A stretch of DNA of 64,000 nt from Anaeramoeba ignava BMAN (lineage: Eukaryota > Protista > Anaeramoebae), in contig JAPDFW010000059.1 of assembly GCA_028826165.1 (NCBI GenBank), positions 62,001 through 126,000 on the forward strand. Direction: 5' to 3'. Below are positions 60,254-64,000 of this stretch, one piece after another. The translations under genes and the position numbers were made by a program. Below the pieces are notes generated by a model. The model was not told the origin of the DNA. It did not search any database and saw only the letters and a list, made by a program, of their open reading frames with translations. Position 1 is the first letter of the stretch; each line of letters starts with the position of its first letter.

Positions 60254-63200
60254 TTAATTAAACCATTGATCTGATTTTTTGCCTAAATTTTCATATAAAG
60301 AAATAACTTGTTTTGACAATTCATCACGATTAACTGAAGATTCTTGTAAATTAAGTATAAAACAACGAGTCATAACTAAATCTTCATTTGCAATAACATA
60401 ATAAGGTCTTGGGTCTTTAACTTCTGGAGATTTAATAACTAAGAAGAAATCAAATAAAAAGAAAAGAAAAGAAAATTAAATTAAATAAGATTAAATTAAG
60501 AACAAAAAATTTGGATTAGCAAAAAAAATAATAAAAACAATTTGGATTAGCAAAAAAAATAATTTGCACAAAATATTAATTAAACATACTTTCACAAATG
60601 GCAATGCAATTAAAATCCTTTCCAGCAAACCTACTTTTTGGCCAACCATTTCCTCTTCTTCCAAAAGAAAGTGAAACAGATGGTTGTTCTGCTAGATAAA
60701 TTCCAGCACCCATTGCAGCAGCATGGAGCATAAAACGAGTGTTCGACATGTTTTTCAATCCTTTTCGTAAAATAGAATGCCAATTTTCAGTTGGAGAACC
60801 GTGGAAAGCGAAGACTGAAGGATATTGTTTCTTTAAATTTTGGAATTTTGCCTCTTTTTGGGGAGGACCAGAAAGCAGAAGAAATTGGGAATCAGATTTG
60901 AAATCCTTGATTTTTGCGAAAACGGGAATTTTTATCAAATGAGCTCTGTTTGATGTTATCAGCCAACGTAATAAACGATAGGAGTTTTTATGGCAAGAAG
61001 TTTCCAAAAACGCTCTCAAGTCTCGCTCGTCATTTGAATATTTACTCATTTCTTCAACTGAAGGCAAAGAATTGAATGCCTTCACAAGTTCCGAATAATC
61101 GCATTTATCATTCTCCATAAAATCAGTTGGAAAAGGATCGAAAATCATTGCGTTTCGACCGCTTGTTGCTGCAGAATATCCGATAGTGATCAGCAAATCA
61201 ACAACATCAGGTCTTTTTTTGATTTCAGAAGCAACACTGATTCCAAGACCGATTTCTTCGTAACGAAACAAGCAATGAGTAGATTCACAAGGAATAGGTT
61301 TCAATCCTTCAATTTTATGTTTTTTATCGCAAATAACACAATAATTCATACAATTTTGAACTCTTGCTGTCATGTAATTGACAATATCCGCTATTAAATT
61401 ATGAGTGGGAACAAATGTTTCAAGGTTTACTTCTTGCAGTTGGGAATTTGCCAAAAAAGGATCATTTTGGAAATTCAAATTGTCATCGAAGTTGTCATAT
61501 TCTTGGAAATATTCATCGGTTTTTTCATTTTTGGAATTTTCTTGTTCTAATAAATAAGATTCTCCAATTGTTTGGAATTGAACAGGATTTTCAAGTAATA
61601 AATTCATCGCTGTTTCTTGATTGTTGTTGGAAACAATAAGAGCGCCGATTGCAGAATTCATATCAAATCCGCAGTCGATCAATTCCAGAATCATTTGCTG
61701 ATTGACTTGAGTGTTGCTTTCATTTTCTGTTTTTTTGGGTTTATTTTTGTTTGATTTCAAGTTGGTTTTTCTTCTTTTGATTATCTCTTGTCTTTCTGTT
61801 TCCCAATCTTTGCCTTTTTTCAGTCTTTCCTTTATTATTTCTTTGTAATGATCCCAGTGTTCACGAAGAAAAGTTGTTAAGATTTCTCGAAGTTGGAATT
61901 GAAGTCCAAATGATTTTTGTTTTACTTGCCATAATTCAATAATTGGAATTGATCCAAATGATGTGTAATGTTGAGTGAATTCAAATTCAATTGTAATTGG
62001 TATTGTTTCATCGATTCCCAATGCATCTGCGTAAAAAGGGCTGAGAAATGAAACATCTATTGAGACTCTGAGTATAAAAAGTTTTGGAATATACTATTTT
62101 TTTTTTCCGATTTTCAATTTTTAATTATTAAATAATTTTATAAATAATTTTATATTTAATTTTATAAATAATTTTATAAATAATCTTATATTTAATTTTA
62201 TATATAATTTTATAATTAATTTTATATATAATTTTATAAATAATTTTATAAATAAATTTATATTTAATTTTATAAATAAATTTATATTTAATTTTATAAA
62301 TAATTTTATATTTAATTTTATATTTAATTTTATAATTAATTTTATATTTAATTATATAAATAATTTTATATTTAATTTTATAATTATTTTATAAATAATT
62401 TTATATTTAATTTTATATTTAATTTTATAATTAATTTTATAAATAATTTTATATTTAATTTTATAATTAATTTTATATTAAATTTTATAATTAATTTTAT
62501 AAATAATTTTATAAATAATTTTATAAATGGATTTAAATTAAAATCTACTTTGATTTGATCTGCTCCAGAAATTGTTTTTGCTTCTTCAAGATCTAATTTC
62601 AAAATTTTAATCTATTTGGGAAAAAAATTTTCATTTTTTAAAAAAAAAAAAAGAAGAAAAAAATTTAATAAGAAAATTACTTCATCTGATTCAATTTCAT
62701 TTAAATCATGAGATTCATGAATAGAATCATCAGAACTTTCTCCATCGGATATTCCAATTTCATCTTCTATTTGAGGTTTTTGTTGAATATTATCTTTAAT
62801 TTCAATTTCATTTTCAGGTAATTTTTGATCTTTTTTCAAAACTTTTTTTTTTTTGATAAAATTTTTTGGATTGAATTTTTTTAATAAAATTTTTAAAGGA
62901 AGAAAAACATAAAAAAAAATTACTTTCAATAAGTAAATTAGTAAATTCAATTAATTTAGAAATTTTTTCTGCTGAATTTAATTTTTCAACAAGAGATTTT
63001 GATAACTAAAATTTTTAAGAAATTAATTTAAATTTTTCAATTTAAAATTTGGAATTTTATTTTGAATTTAAATTTGGAATTGTTTACTGAATCTTCTTGT
63101 TCAGTCCAAAAACTGGGACGAGTACTTGGATAATCATAAAGAAAAACAGACAAACGAATTGTTTTATTTTCAAGTTTAATTGAATAATGAAGACAACTTT

Positions 63201-63343
63201 CATATTTATCAAAACGAACCTCTAATTAATTTTTAATTTTTAATTTTTAATTTTTAAAAGATTTGAATTTAAATTTTAAAATTTTATTTACTTAATCCTT
63301 GTTTTGCTGAAGTATTAATAACTTCATTAATTTCTGCTTCCAT
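60254..63343 (-). CDS. PARP6/8-like mono-ADP-ribosyltransferase with RWD-like and UBA domains
   Basis: YCVICDKKH..KPIPC..CLFRYEEIG, VVDLL, AFHGSPTENWHSILRKGL, GAGIYLA, PYYV (H-Y-Y triad); UBA-like LIDCGFD..AIGAL. Confidence 0.88.
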
Positions 63344-63504
63344 TTTAATTTTAATTTAATATTTAAATGAATTTTTTTTTTATTGAAATTATTCCAAAAT
63401 AAAAAAATGAAAAAAAAATGAAAAAAATAAAAGTTCACTTTTTTTTTATATTATTTCTTTCTAAAATTTTAATTTAATTCCAAAAAGAGAAAAGAAAAGA
63501 AGAA

Positions 63505-64000
63505 ATGTTTGAATTTGATGACAAAACTGAATTAAAAAATTTCATTTTATTTGATCTTGATTCAAATCCAAATTTTATAAAAAAAACGAATAAAAAAAAT
63601 CAATCACTTCTTCATCTTGCAATTTTTCATAAATTCCCAAAAAACGTTATTCAGAAAATAATTCAATATGAATCCAACATTAACAGAATAGATTTAGACT
63701 CAGAGACACCATTGCATTATGCTTGTAAATATAAAAGCAGTCGAGAAATCATTAAAATTTTAGTTAAAAATGGGAGCAAAATAAATTTGCCAAATTCAAA
63801 GAATCAATACCCACTTCATATAGCGAGCAAAGTGTCTCCTAGAACAGATATTCTGAGTCTATTGGTTAATCGGGATCTAGATATAAACGCCAAAGATGCA
63901 TTTGGCATGACCTCAATGCATTATTGCATTCAAAATAAAGGCGACTTTGAGGCGATCAAGTTCTTACAGTCAACTGGAGGAGACATTAATATACAGAACA
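63505..64000 (+). CDS. Ankyrin-repeat protein (3' partial, no introns in the window)
   Basis: ATG at 63505, frame open to the window end. QSLLHLA, ETPLHYAC, QYPLHIA, GMTSMHYC. Confidence 0.88.
   Translation, partial: MFEFDDKTELKNFILFDLDSNPNFIKKTNKKNQSLLHLAIFHKFPKNVIQKIIQYESNINRIDLDSETPLHYACKYKSSREIIKILVKNGSKINLPNSKNQYPLHIASKVSPRTDILSLLVNRDLDINAKDAFGMTSMHYCIQNKGDFEAIKFLQSTGGDINIQN

Overview
Extremely AT-rich, gene-dense eukaryotic DNA with canonical GT-AG introns, many of them swollen by intron-specific microsatellites. TAA, TAG and TGA all act as stops. A TTTTCATTTT Inr-like motif before most starts, plus RCC1-BTB and Kelch-BTB genes, suggest a metamonad protist, possibly Anaeramoeba-like (inference only). 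About 24 protein genes are supported: a TerD-domain protein, three Rab GTPases, a GCKR-like protein, a longin+roadblock protein, Kelch-BTB, an FN3+7-repeat protein, a metallophosphoesterase, two ankyrin proteins, RCC1-BTB, two tandem CLCC1-like membrane proteins, a HIT4-like protein, DNA-PKcs, bZIP, RING-BRCT, F-BAR-SH3, an aldo-keto reductase, a 7TM protein and a PARP6/8-like protein, plus two mobile-element genes. Top finding: the ankyrin gene at 17221-19543 (-) is built from 96-nt exons, each one codon short of a 33-aa ankyrin repeat. The missing residue is supplied by 3-nt single-codon microexons (AG|NNN|GT) present at all six inter-repeat junctions, with two of them at one junction. Second finding: a Crypton-type tyrosine-recombinase element bounded by TTAA-TGAACC inverted ends (23081-24479) sits head-to-head with a Kolobok-like DDE transposase. 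Most ORFs in the supplied track are satellite artefacts. Recurrent 1-nt frameshifts at homopolymers look like assembly errors.
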